DNA of 63,535 nucleotides, counting the filler, from Octopus bimaculoides (lineage: Eukaryota), in the NCBI RefSeq assembly GCF_001194135.2. It is 5 parts of 5 records of this genome, joined end to end, with 100 filler letters (N's around TTAATTAATTAA, not from the genome) between each part and the next. Parts side by side here need not be neighbours in the genome. Positions count along the whole stretch, not along the records: positions 21,190 to 29,189 come from NC_069003.1; positions 29,290 to 51,260 come from NC_068994.1; 3 more parts are not named here. One strand, given 5' to 3'. Positions 24,640-36,130 of the stretch are shown piece after piece. Position 1 is the first letter of the stretch, and every line of letters begins with the position of its first letter. Both the position numbers and the translations under genes were made by a program. The notes beneath the pieces are model-generated. The model did not search any database, was not told the origin of the DNA, and saw only the letters and a list, made by a program, of their open reading frames with translations.

Positions 24640-24870
24640 TTAATGCAAAGATGAATTGCAAAACAAAAAAAAACATTTACTGCATCATGTACACACAAAG
24701 CAATGAGAATTACATCGGACAAACAGGATAAGAATTAATACATTGAGTAAGGATACATAAGCAACAAATAAAAGCTATATATCTTGGAAATGCTTCAAAT
24801 AATGAACAACTAGACATTTGTGCAAATAGAAAATTTTAAATATTGCCATTTTCAGAAAAAAAAAGGAGAG
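24640..24870 (+). mobile_element. Penelope-like element GIY-YIG endonuclease remnant
   Basis: MNCKTK / IYCIMYTQSNENYIGQTG*ELIH*VRIHKQQIK...QLDICANRKF*ILPF: IY...YIGQT and R..EH-type motifs with stops. Confidence 0.82.
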
Positions 24871-26269
24871 AAAATGATCAACTATGAAAAGCAAAGTACA
24901 AGAAAAGATAAGCACTTAGACATAAAAAGGCATCTTTCCAAAGGACTTTTCTGTTTCTTTTTAAGATTTTCTTATAAAATAAAGTCATTAATTTAAGAAT
25001 ATGTTTCTTCAATTATATGTACTAGGCTTACAAAGAATAAGTCCTGGGGATGATTTGCTCGACTAAAGGCGGTGCTCCAGCATGGCCACAGTCAAATGAC
25101 TGAAACAATTAAAAGAGTAAAGGTAGCTTTTTCTACATCCACATGCTCATAAAAAGTGTACCATGAATTTGCTGGGAGTCCTTCTTCAAGGAAAAGTTGA
25201 AAGCAAAGTAATTAATGAGATTCAGTAGGGTTTATTAAAAACAAAAAAAAAGGCCTGGGTGCAGCTGATAAGGAATGCAGGACCTCTTGAGCCTCATACA
25301 TGAACATGAAGTGATAAGACAAAAGGTATGAGAGGTAAGAAGGAATGAGGAGAGGCAAGTAAAGTCAAGAGTGAGACGAAGAGAGGGGGAAGTTGAAGGA
25401 TAAGAAATGGTATAATGAACTAAGAGGAAGGGTAAGAGTAAAAGGGGAGGGGAAAAATACCATTAACCCTTTAGTGTATAAAACTGGCCATATCCAGCCT
25501 GAATATTCTCCTTGTTTTATGTTCAAAACTGATCAGATCCAGCCTCTTATACCTACCCTACAATGTCATTCTAAAGATAAACAATCGCATCATCAAAATC
25601 TCGAAGCTATGAGATAATGCATGGCTAATTCCAAACAATAAATAAGCTTTATATGTGATCGAGTAATCTGAATGCTGAATGGTTAATCTGGCCATATCTA
25701 GCCAAAATACGCTTACCTGATTTGTGCTCAATGTAAATAATGTGCATGATTCCTCATCTCTAAAATATAGAACAGCCAAATCTGGTTTCCCACATCTATC
25801 CTACAATGTCATTCTAAAAATATTCACTCACATTATTGAAGTCACAAAGCTACGAGATAATGCCTGATTAAAGCAAAAGAATGCAAATAAATAAGCATTA
25901 CATTTGACAGAGTTATCTAAATGCTAAAAGGGTAATCTAAACACGTCAGTAACTAACAATGGTACCAAGTTCCGTAATGAAATGGTATTCCCTTCGTTTC
26001 TTTGAGAATGTGAATCCATGGTGTGCAGCAATGCTTTCACACTGATAAGTGAGTGATGGAATGGCCTGTCAGGCTGAAACAGGTCCGTGGAGCGTACAAA
26101 AAAAAAACATCCATCCTCCCATGAAAGATAAATCCATCTTCAACTTCCGTATTCTACTTTCTGATTCCAGAACCACACCAATCATTCTTGCACCACTTCT
26201 CCTCACCTTTACAAACGAATCTCAGAAATCTCCCAGTAAGAAGCTCCACAAGAAGAGTCTTAAACAGAG

Positions 26270-26475
26270 AGATAGGTAGATAGACAGACAGACAGGTAGA
26301 TAGACAGATAGATAAGTAGATACACAGGTAGATAGACAAACAAATAAGTAAATAGACGGATAGACAGACAGATGGGTAGATAGACAGACAGACAGGTAGA
26401 TACACAGGTAGATAGACAAACAAATAAGTAAATAGACGGATAGACAGACAGATGGGTAGATAGATAGGTAGATAA
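26270..26475. repeat. (AGAT/AGAC)n array with an 80-bp higher-order duplication
   Basis: GTAGATACACAGGTAGATAGACAAACAAATAAGTAAATAGACGG... begins at 26316 and again at 26396. Confidence 0.9.
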
Positions 26476-27825
26476 TGCATACATACATAAAGATAGAAAA
26501 GAAAATGCAGTTTGGAAAGACTTGAAAAGAACATTTAATTTAGCTATATAATAAAATGTTCAGACTGTGGCCATGCTGGGGCATCACCTTGAAAAGTTTT
26601 TAGTCAAGTGAATCAATTCCAGTACTTATTTTTTAAGCCTCGTACTAATTCTATCAGTCACTTTTCCAACCTTCTCACTGCCGAAATCAGATATATCCAC
26701 GCAAAATTTCATTACCCTTAACTGCAGAAAACAGTTTTGTGTACCAGATCATCTTTTGTTTTGATTCATTTTTATTTTATTTCAGTATGACTAAATCATT
26801 TTTTAAAATGATTGAAACCGGTAGCATATTTTGATAAAACTGTAAATAGTTTCTCTCTTTTATCTATAATAAAGTTCTCCAAGCATTTCCTCTATTTTTT
26901 AATATAAATTTAATCATGGGAAACCTCTCAACCATTTCAATATACCTATGTCTATCCATCCATCCACCTATCTATCTATCTAAGATGTCATGTTTGAAAC
27001 TATTTTTATTGAGATATAGGGAGTTTAATCACGCAACTTCTATGTGACCTGCAGAAAACGCCAATCCTATTTTTGGTAGATATTTAATATNNNNNNNNNN
27101 NNNNNNNNNNNNNNNNNNNNNNNNNNNNNNNNNNNNNNNNNNNNNNNNNNNNNNNNNNNNNNNNNNNNNNNNNNNNNNNNNNNNNNNNNNNNNNNNNNNN
27201 NNNNNNNNNNNNNNNNNNNNNNNNNNNNNNNNNNNNNNNNNNNNNNTATATATATAAATATACATGCTTTAATACAATAAATATATGAATGTATAAACAG
27301 AAATATGCCTAACTAAATATATTATATAATAATAAATTGTAATTTTTTTTTAAGTGAATAAATAAATATTTAATAAAATAAATATTACACCCTTCCATTG
27401 CATCAGGGTATCAGAGGTACTTGTGAAGACACCCACTTAAACATGTGCATGTACTTTTACATAAATATATACACACACACACACACACACACATATAAAT
27501 ACAAACACATACATGTACATACTCTCATATATATACGAATCTGTATGTGTGTGTGTGTGTATACATACACAAATAGATGCAAATATATATACATACATAT
27601 ATATATATATATAACTACCGATATATGTATATATTTATCTTTGCATCTATTTATGTGTGTATATATAGATGAGTGTGTCTATATATACACACATTTTATT
27701 TGATTTTTCCTATTTTTATTATGTGTTCATATGTAATATGCTTTCGTGTGTGTGTGTATGTGTGTATGTGTGTGAGTAGGTGGGTAGCTAAGGATTTCTT
27801 AGACACAAAAAAAGAAAAACAAAAG

Positions 27826-27856
<31 letters not shown>

Positions 27857-29189
27857 GAGGTATTATTTGTTGACTTTTTCGATAATTACTTCCTGTCAGT
27901 ATTTAATCTCATCTCCAGAATTAGACAGAACCTAAAGAATTGGTAGATTAAGTTCTATATTCACTGTCTGGAAGAAGATGCCGAAAAGAATTTCTCCAAG
28001 TCTATTTGGAATTTATTTATCTATTCTTATTTCCTTTTTTTTTTTCGGTTTTTGTTTATTTTGATTGTAACATTTATAATTTCCCAAAGACATTCCATGA
28101 ACGAAAATGCAACAGAATTTTTCAAATTTGACCAAAAAATTGATTTCGTGTTTCTTTAAAACAATTACGGGATTGTCTGTACCAATACTCTTTTACTGAT
28201 TTCATCCACTGGACAATGGCCATTCTGGGGCATCACCTCCAACGTTTTCAGTAATCAAATTAATTTCAGCTCCTTGTTTCTGTCTGAGCTTGGCTGTGTG
28301 GTTAAGTGACCATGTGGTTTTGGGTTCTGTTCCACTATGCAGCACCTTGGGCAAGTATTTTCTACTATAGCCGCAAAAAGCCAGCTTTCCAATCATGTGG
28401 TAGAATGATTCTGGTAGAATCATAAGCACGCCAAGCAAAATGCTTAGCGGCATTTTGTTCATCTCTATGTTCTGAGTTCAAACTCTGCCGAGGTTGACTT
28501 TGCCTTTCATCCTTTTGGGGTCGGTAAAATAAGTATCAGTTGAGCAGTGGGGTCAGTGTAATCAACCAGTCCCCTCCCCCTAAATTTCAGGCCTTGTGCC
28601 TACAGTAAAAAGGATTACTAAGGTGGGGACTTTGTAGAACTGTTAGCATACCAGGTCAAGTACGTTCTGAGTTCAAATTCCGCTGGGGTCAACATTGTTT
28701 TTCATCCTTTTGGTGGGAGTTGATGAAATAAGTACTAATTAAACACTAGGGGGTGAGGTGTGGGGGTGGGGTTAATCGAGTTACCCCACTGCCCCGAACT
28801 TGCTGGCTTTGTGCCAAAATTTGAAACTAAAACATTGCTAAATTGGCAGAACTTTGGACAAAATGCTTTTTAGGTATTTCTTTCATTTCTTCTCTTTCCA
28901 GGTTCAAACCCCATTCATGTTGAGTATTTTCTTTTATCCCTTCGGGAGCTGCGGTCATCTGGTACATCCAAGAAACTACTATGCTGGTAGTATTGACAGT
29001 GGTGGTGGTTGTGGTGGTGGTGGCGGTGGTAGTTGTGGTGATGGCAGTGTAGGTATAGATGCCAGGGACAGTGTTGGTTGTGGTGGTGGTGGTGGTGTGG
29101 TGGTGACAGTTCCAGGGTTTGGCACTTTTATTTAGAGGCAATGGTGGTGGTGGTGGTGGTAAACATTCCACTCACACCCCTCACCTCAC

Positions 29190-29289
29190 NNNNNNNNNNN
29201 NNNNNNNNNNNNNNNNNNNNNNNNNNNNNNNNNTTAATTAATTAANNNNNNNNNNNNNNNNNNNNNNNNNNNNNNNNNNNNNNNNNNNN
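29190..29289. other. Artificial scaffold-join spacer
   Basis: 44 N + TTAATTAATTAA (29234-29245) + 44 N. Confidence 0.97.
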
Positions 29290-30582
29290 CATCATCATCA
29301 TCGTTTAACGTCCGCTTTCCATGCTAGCATGGGTTGGATGATTTGACTGAGGACTGGTGAAACCGGATGGCAACACCAGGCTCCAATCTAATTTGGCAGA
29401 GTTTCTACAGCTGGATGCCCTTCCTAACGCCAACCACTCAGAGAGTGTAGTGGGTGCTTTTACGTGTCACCCGCACGAAAACGGCCACGCTCGAAATGGT
29501 GTCTTTTATGTGCCACCCGCACAAGCCAGTCCAGGGGCACTGGCAACGATCTCGCTCGAAAATCCTACGGGAGCCAGTCAGGCGGTACTGGCAACGGCCA
29601 CGCTCAAAATGGTGCATCTCATGTGCCACCCGCACAAGAACCAGTCCAGGGGCACTGGCACTGGCATATATATATATATAGCTAGAAGGAAAAAGGGATT
29701 AAAAAATCCAGGCAGATATCAATAGAGCACTCAGTTAAAAACAATTTGGTTAACAATATCCAACAATCAGACACCAGTAAATGTAAGTAGAATACACATC
29801 CAAGGTAAATCTCCATCTATAACAAGTTGATCCAAATATCATATAGAAGAATTTCAAGAAACCCAGAGTATTTGATATTAAAGAATATGTATAGTAAAAA
29901 TCACATCTTTATTGTAGAATTCACCTTATAGAGAACATTTTGGATATATATATAATCTCGAACATACAGTTCATCCACAAATGGATGTTGTACAAAATCC
30001 TGATGAGTTTATATTTTTGCAATACATTGTTACATGTATTATATAGTAATAATATAACAATAATCTTCTGATAAAATATTGATGAAACAATTGTAAAATG
30101 ATGCAATAAAACCAGTTTCTCACTCTATTCTCTTTGTTAATAATTACACAGACTTTACAGGTTTTCAGATTTATCATCAGTAAAGCTATCTATTTCCATT
30201 TTACACTTTTATATCTGATAGGTGGTGGCCATGGGCTGGCTTAATAAAGCAAACTGAGAATAAAACTTAAACGAAATTAATATTTTATATAAAGTCAGAC
30301 ACACACACACACACAAGTTTCTATGGATATAAAGTCACACACACACACACAAGCTTCTATGGATATACATACATTTACTTCTTGTCGAGTAGTATTTATT
30401 CTTTTACCTGTTTCAGTCATTTGACTGTGGCCATGCTGGAGCACTGCCTTTAGTTGAACAAATCAACCACAGGATTTATTCTTTGTAAGTCTAGTCGGTC
30501 ACTTTTGCCGAACTGCTAAGTTATGTGTAATCACACCAACATCAGTTGTCAAGCAATGGTGGGGGTGTCAAACACAGACACG

Positions 30583-30634
<52 letters not shown>

Positions 30635-30804
30635 ACAGGCTTCTTTCAGTTTCCATCTACCAAATCCACTCACAAGGCTTTGATCTGTCTGAGGCTATAG
30701 TAGAAGACACTTGCACAAAGTGCCCCGCAGAGAGACTGAACGTGGAATCATGTGGTTGGGAAGCAAGATTCTTACCAGACACCCACGCCTGTGTCTATAT
30801 TCAT

Positions 30805-30912
30805 GGTTATGGCATAAAACCAGTCGGAAAGTTACCATCGGTTTCGTGTCTGCTACTGCACTTGACAGTAGAGACATTTCATCAGACTTGTGCTGGCCAA
30901 AATCGCATAACC
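30805..30912 (-). ncRNA. Type I hammerhead ribozyme (near-canonical core, extended stem I)
   Basis: Minus strand: GGTTATG-cgatttt-GGCCAG-cac-AAGT-[CTGATGA]-a-aTGTCT-CTACTG-tcaagtg-CAGTAG-c-AGACAc-[GAAA]-CC-gat-G-[GTA]-ACTT-tccga-CTGGTT-ttatgc-CATAACC. Core at 30885-30879 and 30845-30842; predicted cleavage after GUA, between 30833 and 30832. Position 10.1 is A rather than G. Confidence 0.78.
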
Positions 30913-32735
30913 TCTTTAAAACTGGACGTAAATATACAGTCTCTGTTAGCTTAGTGCTGACAGAATTTGGAACAGAAAAGAAGAGTTGCCTCCCATTGTA
31001 TGTTTGAGGCAATGACGTCGGCTTTGTTTATGTGCATTTTTTTTTCTCTTCTCTTGTCAACAAAAGGGGAAGATAATGTTCCAAAATGAATTTTTTATCA
31101 GGAGAACGGTGACTACAAATTTTACTTTTTGATATCAAGAAGACACCCTGGTCATGGGAATTTTTAAGGTATATTTTCCTCACAGGTCAGCGTAGTTAGC
31201 ACTACCAGAATCCACATGTAAGGGTGCAATTATAGGGAATTTCGCTGTTATTTCTAGCAGGCTGAGTGATCACATAGTGACTTCATGGTAAATACCACAC
31301 ACACATTCAACATTCCCCCACACACTAATCCTTATCCCTCACACCTGGAGCATCAAAAATGGTAACATTGATTCCCTGCTCTGACAGAAATAGCCATTGT
31401 TCACAGAAAGTAAAGATTAACAACAACAACAACAATAAAACAACAAAAAAAAAACGTCAAAGAATAACAAAATATGTAGAGATGGGGTGGGGGTGAGGTA
31501 TAAAGATCTAAAAGAAGTGGAAAAAAAAGCAGAAATCCGGTAAAAGAAAAAGGATTTGTGAAGGAGAGATTGAAAGAAAAGAGAAAGGGTCCGAGAAAGA
31601 GAGCAAAAGGGATCTGAGAATGGAAATAAAGAGACAAATTCTAAGGAGCCAGAAAGAAAAAGAGAACATTTATATTGGATGTTAGTCAACTCTACAAGAT
31701 GGTCACCATCAAGATTTATTAATCTAATTGGCAGTATGTCCATTTATTCTCTCTGTTTGTCCATCCACTAAAAGAAGATAACTGATATTATTAGATTTAT
31801 CTTAGTTACTATCGAGAATGTTATTGGTCTTATGCTGCAAGCATACTTTTAAATTGATACTTAACTCTTTTGTTACCATATTCTTGTTGAAATACATCAG
31901 TTGTTTGAATTAATTTTGAAAATAATGAAGAATTTAGTAAAATAACTGTCATTTGACTAAAAATTCAAGGTGGTGCCCCAGCATGGCTGCAGTTTAATGA
32001 CTGAAACAAGTAAAAGAGCTGCTAGGCATTTGGTTCAACATTTTAACGATTCTGCTAAGCTCACTGCTGTGTTAATAATGGAAAGGAAAAAAACCCCACA
32101 GAAATACAGGTTTTTAGGATTCAGAGGAAGACAGCAATTGAGTTTAATTGAATAACTGATGGAGATACTAAATCTGTCACCCTTTGACCACAGGAAGAAA
32201 TGCCAAAAGAAAAGAAATTGGTACCTAATGTGAAGCTATCTCATTTCTCATGTTAATATCTTACCAAACTTAAAACAAGGAAATTCAACTAATAAAGCTT
32301 CCAAACAAGGCTTTTATTGTTTCAAGTAAAGTCTAAAAGCAAAACTAATGACAACAAATCAGAAATGGATTGGACCATGTGACACTTTTATACCTGTCCA
32401 GTAATGCCTTGATACGTGAGTTAATTTGTTCCTGGAGATTGTTTGTAAAGCAAAAACTCACAAAACAGCAATAATTTCCCATAGTAGCAATGAAATTTTA
32501 TCCCATCATGTGATGTGCCAGAACTAGTGTTGCCACATGTTGCCATGTTGTCACACAAATAAAATAGCTAACCTTTTTATATTTATTATAAAACTTGTAA
32601 ACCCAGGGTCTCATAAAGCAGGTCCTTGTAAAGTGAAGTATTATTGCATACACACACACACAGCACTGGTAATGCCCCACCTTTGCCACAATTTTAGGGC
32701 TGAAATGCATAAAAGTATATATATATATATATATA

Positions 32736-33118
32736 GGCGTAGGAGTGGCTGTGTGGTAAGTAGCTTGCTTACCAACCACATGGTCCCGGGTTCAGTCCCA
32801 CTGCGTGGCATCTTGGGCAAGTCTCTTCTACTATAGCCTCGGGCCGACCAAAGCCTCGTTAGTGGATTTGGTAGACGGAAACTGAAAGAAGCCTGTCGTA
32901 TATTTGTATATATATATGTATGTGTGTATGTGTTTGTATGTCTGTGTTTGTCCCCCCAACATCGCTTGACAACCGATGCTGGTGTGTTTATGTCCCCGTA
33001 ACTTAGCGGTTCGGCAAAAGAGATCGATAGAATAAGTACTAGGCTTACAAAGAATAAGTCCTGGGGTCGATTTGCTCGACTAAAGGCGGTGCTCCAGCAT
33101 GGCCACAGTCAAAAGACT
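32736..33118 (+). mobile_element. Young full-length tRNA-derived SINE family 'A'
   Basis: GGCGTAGGAGTGGCTGTGTGGTAAG (A box), GGGTTCAGTCCC (B box), CORE-like CTTGGGCAAGT.., internal (TA/TG)n, tail ..GGCGGTGCTCCAGCATGGCCACAGTC; CpGs retained. Other copies at 3405-3550, 13810-13950, 15995-16150, 24060-24360 (+) and 6540-6670, 9960-10090, 30405-30795 (-). Tail-only copies, e.g. 25020-25100. Confidence 0.9.
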
Positions 33119-33529
33119 NNNNNNNNNNNNNNNNNNNNNNNNNNNNNNNNNNNNNNNNNNNNNNNNNNNNNNNNAAAAATACTACATACCACAAAGGTTA
33201 GGGATAATTTCGAAAGGAAATGAAAAATAAAAACTTTTACCAATCTATATTCTGTACCATGGTTTCAAGTCAATTTTAGTAAGATAAAGATTATATCTTA
33301 CAAGGTCAGACTTATATATATATATACACACACACACACTCTTCATGTTCCATTGTCTATTTTGGTATGGTTTCTACATGCCAACCATCTTAGTGTGACA
33401 CCACTAAGATGTGACACCAGTATCAATGTAAAAATATATACATATATATATATATATATAGTTGAAATTCACAGAAAAACAAAAGCCGAAGACAGGTGTA
33501 TTAGTTTAATGCTCAGGAAGGTGAGAAAA

Positions 33530-33567
33530 TCTTTTATGTTTCGAGTCTGTACTCTCCAATAGAAAGG
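33530..33567 (-). ncRNA. Decayed minimal hammerhead-like motif in a Penelope-type terminal repeat
   Basis: Minus: CTTT-CTATTGGA-GAGT-acag-ACTC-GAAAC-ATA-AAAG; stems I and II are self-complementary, core is mutated. Confidence 0.4.
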
Positions 33568-33734
33568 AACACGAGAAAGGGCATCCAGCTGTGGAAACTT
33601 TGCCAGATCAGATTGGAGCCTGGTGCAGCCTCCTGGCTTGCCAGTCCTCAGTCAAACCGTCCAACCCATGCCAGCATGGAAAGCAGACATTAAATGATGA
33701 TGATTATACACACACACATATATATATCTATTTA

Positions 33735-33770
33735 TTTCTGTGGAAGAGCATAGGCTCGAAACGTTACAGA
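33735..33770 (+). ncRNA. Minimal hammerhead-like motif with variant core (CUGUGGA) in a Penelope-type terminal repeat
   Basis: TTT-CTGTGGA-A-GAGC-atag-GCTC-GAAAC-GTT-ACAGA. Loopless palindromic helix III (AACGTT) is typical of dimer-forming Penelope hammerheads. Confidence 0.55.
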
Positions 33771-34070
33771 CTTTTTCACTTCCCAAGCGTTAAACTAATA
33801 CATCTGTTTGTTGTCTACACCACCTGTCTTCATCTTTTGTTTTTTTCTTGTGAATTCTCCCCATATATATACATACATATATATACACACACATGGATAT
33901 ATAGTCCACTCTGCTGAGTGGTGGGTGTCAGGAAGGGCATCCAACTGTAAAAATCCTGCCAAAACAGTCACAGAAGTCTGGTGCAGGCTTCTGCCTAGTT
34001 GGCTCCTGTCAAACCATCCCACCCATGCCAACATGGAAGGTGGACGTTAAACGATGATGATGATATACAT

Positions 34071-34105
<35 letters not shown>

Positions 34106-34682
34106 AAGCAACATTGACCTTGTCTGATTTGAACTCAGAGAACAAGAGGGTGTAAACTTGAGATAGTAGCAAAATAGGGTAACATAGCAGATTGCCCCTC
34201 GTGTCTGCCTGTCAGTTTAGCAGAGGCAATAAAACATGATCAAACATGTGACTGTAGAAAATACAAAAACTATTGGTTTCTTGTTAGAATAAGCTTTATT
34301 CAAAGAAAGAAAAAAAAAATTGAAGAGTTCAGGATTAGCAAAGGAGATCATACAAAATCATTATTTGCAGATATAATAATAATAATAATAATAAAAATAA
34401 CAATCATAGTAATTAATAATAATGGTTTCAAATTCAGGCACAAGGCCAAAAATTTTGTNNNNNNNNNNNNNNNNNNNNNNNNNNNNNNNNNNNNNNNNNN
34501 NNNNNNNNTGTATTGACCCCAGTATTTTACTGGTGCTTTATTCTATCGACCCCAAAAGGATGAAAGGCAAAGTTGACCTTGGCGGGATTTGAACTCAGAA
34601 CGTAAAGGGCCAAAACTAAATACTGTATGGCATTTGGTCTGACGCTCTACTAATTCTGCTATCTAGCACAATAACAACAACA

Positions 34683-34727
<45 letters not shown>

Positions 34728-36130
34728 TTTCCTTATTAGGAGAAAAGCTTGTCTCAAAAAGGAAGTTTCAGTCAACAGGATAGATACTTGTAATTACTGG
34801 TATTTATCAACCACAACTGGATGAAAGACAAAACGAAACTAAATCTTGTAAGATATTAAAATCTGTCACTTTATTGTGTCTGCAATCTCGCCAAGTCATT
34901 ATTATGAGGGAATAACAATTAACCCTTTCACAGTTTTAGTAGCAAGTTAAGCAAAATGAGTGACACATCTCATCCTGGAGAGGATGCCAGGTTATCTCAG
35001 GTAACTTTTCCTTCCTCCCTTTAAGTCCCTGATGGTACCTGCTTGCCCTCTTGTTTCTAATATAGGCACAAGGTTATACATTTGTGGGGAGAGCAGGGAT
35101 AAATGGTTGTCCAGATCAACTCCAGTTTTTGACTGCTATTTTCTTTTTATTGATCCCCAGAAGGATGAAAGGCAAAGTTAACCTCGGCAGGATTTGAACC
35201 TAAAGGGACATATCTAAGTACCACAAGGTATTTTGTCTGCTACTTCCCATCCACTGCTTTAGCCAGGTATTAGAAAGCAGCCCAGAGCTTGCAAACGTAA
35301 AGCATTGCTGGCAGCAGGATGCAAGCGGCCCCACAAGCCATCACCCACTTGGTGCTTCATAATTAACAAATAAATACATTTCTTGCATAATTACATCAGA
35401 TTAACAGGGAAAGAACAAATAGGATGTAGTGAGGTTTATGCATTTCCTCATTACATGAGTAAATGTTAAATATAACAGTTGTAGCTTGAAACCAAAACTG
35501 GATTCGTTTCGCCAAAATGCAGTGTTTGCCACAATAATTATTTCTTTTAAACATTTTGGTGGAGTAAAATTAGGGGGAATTAAAGGGAGACTGATCCCTA
35601 GGAATCAGAGAGGTGGTTGGCAGCATTCAAACTCAAAAACAAAAACTCCAAATACTAACAGATGCCATTTGGACTGGCCATTGCAATAACATTAATAACG
35701 ACTTTTTAACTTTGGCACAAAGCCAAAAATTTGTAGGGAAGGGGTTAGGGTCAATATAAATGATCCCAGTATATTGCTGGTTCTAATTTTATTGACCTTA
35801 GAGTGAGGGTTGAAAGGCAAAGCTGACTCTGGTGGGATTTGAACTCGAAATGTAAAGACATAACTGAACAGTATTAAGTATTTAGTTCAGCCCCTACCAT
35901 TTGCTACAATGATGCCATCGCCCTAAAAGTAATAAAAATAAATAAATAAAAAATTTTGTAAAAGTCTGGAAGGGTTTGAAAGACAAGTGCTATGATGAAC
36001 CTGGTGGATATATAAGTTTTAACCAGGTTTAACTTAGGATTATGATAATTTGGTGTTGTTAAGGCTCCAGGAAGATAAAGTAGAGAGGAAGAGAAAGGTA
36101 TACAGCAATGTAAATTGGGGTGGGCACACC

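Noticed and set aside
26035-26100. CTGATAA...GGCCTGTCAGGCTGAAACAGGTCCGTGG possible hammerhead
   Set aside because: Needs several simultaneous corrections and an insertion to fit; not supportable without homologs.
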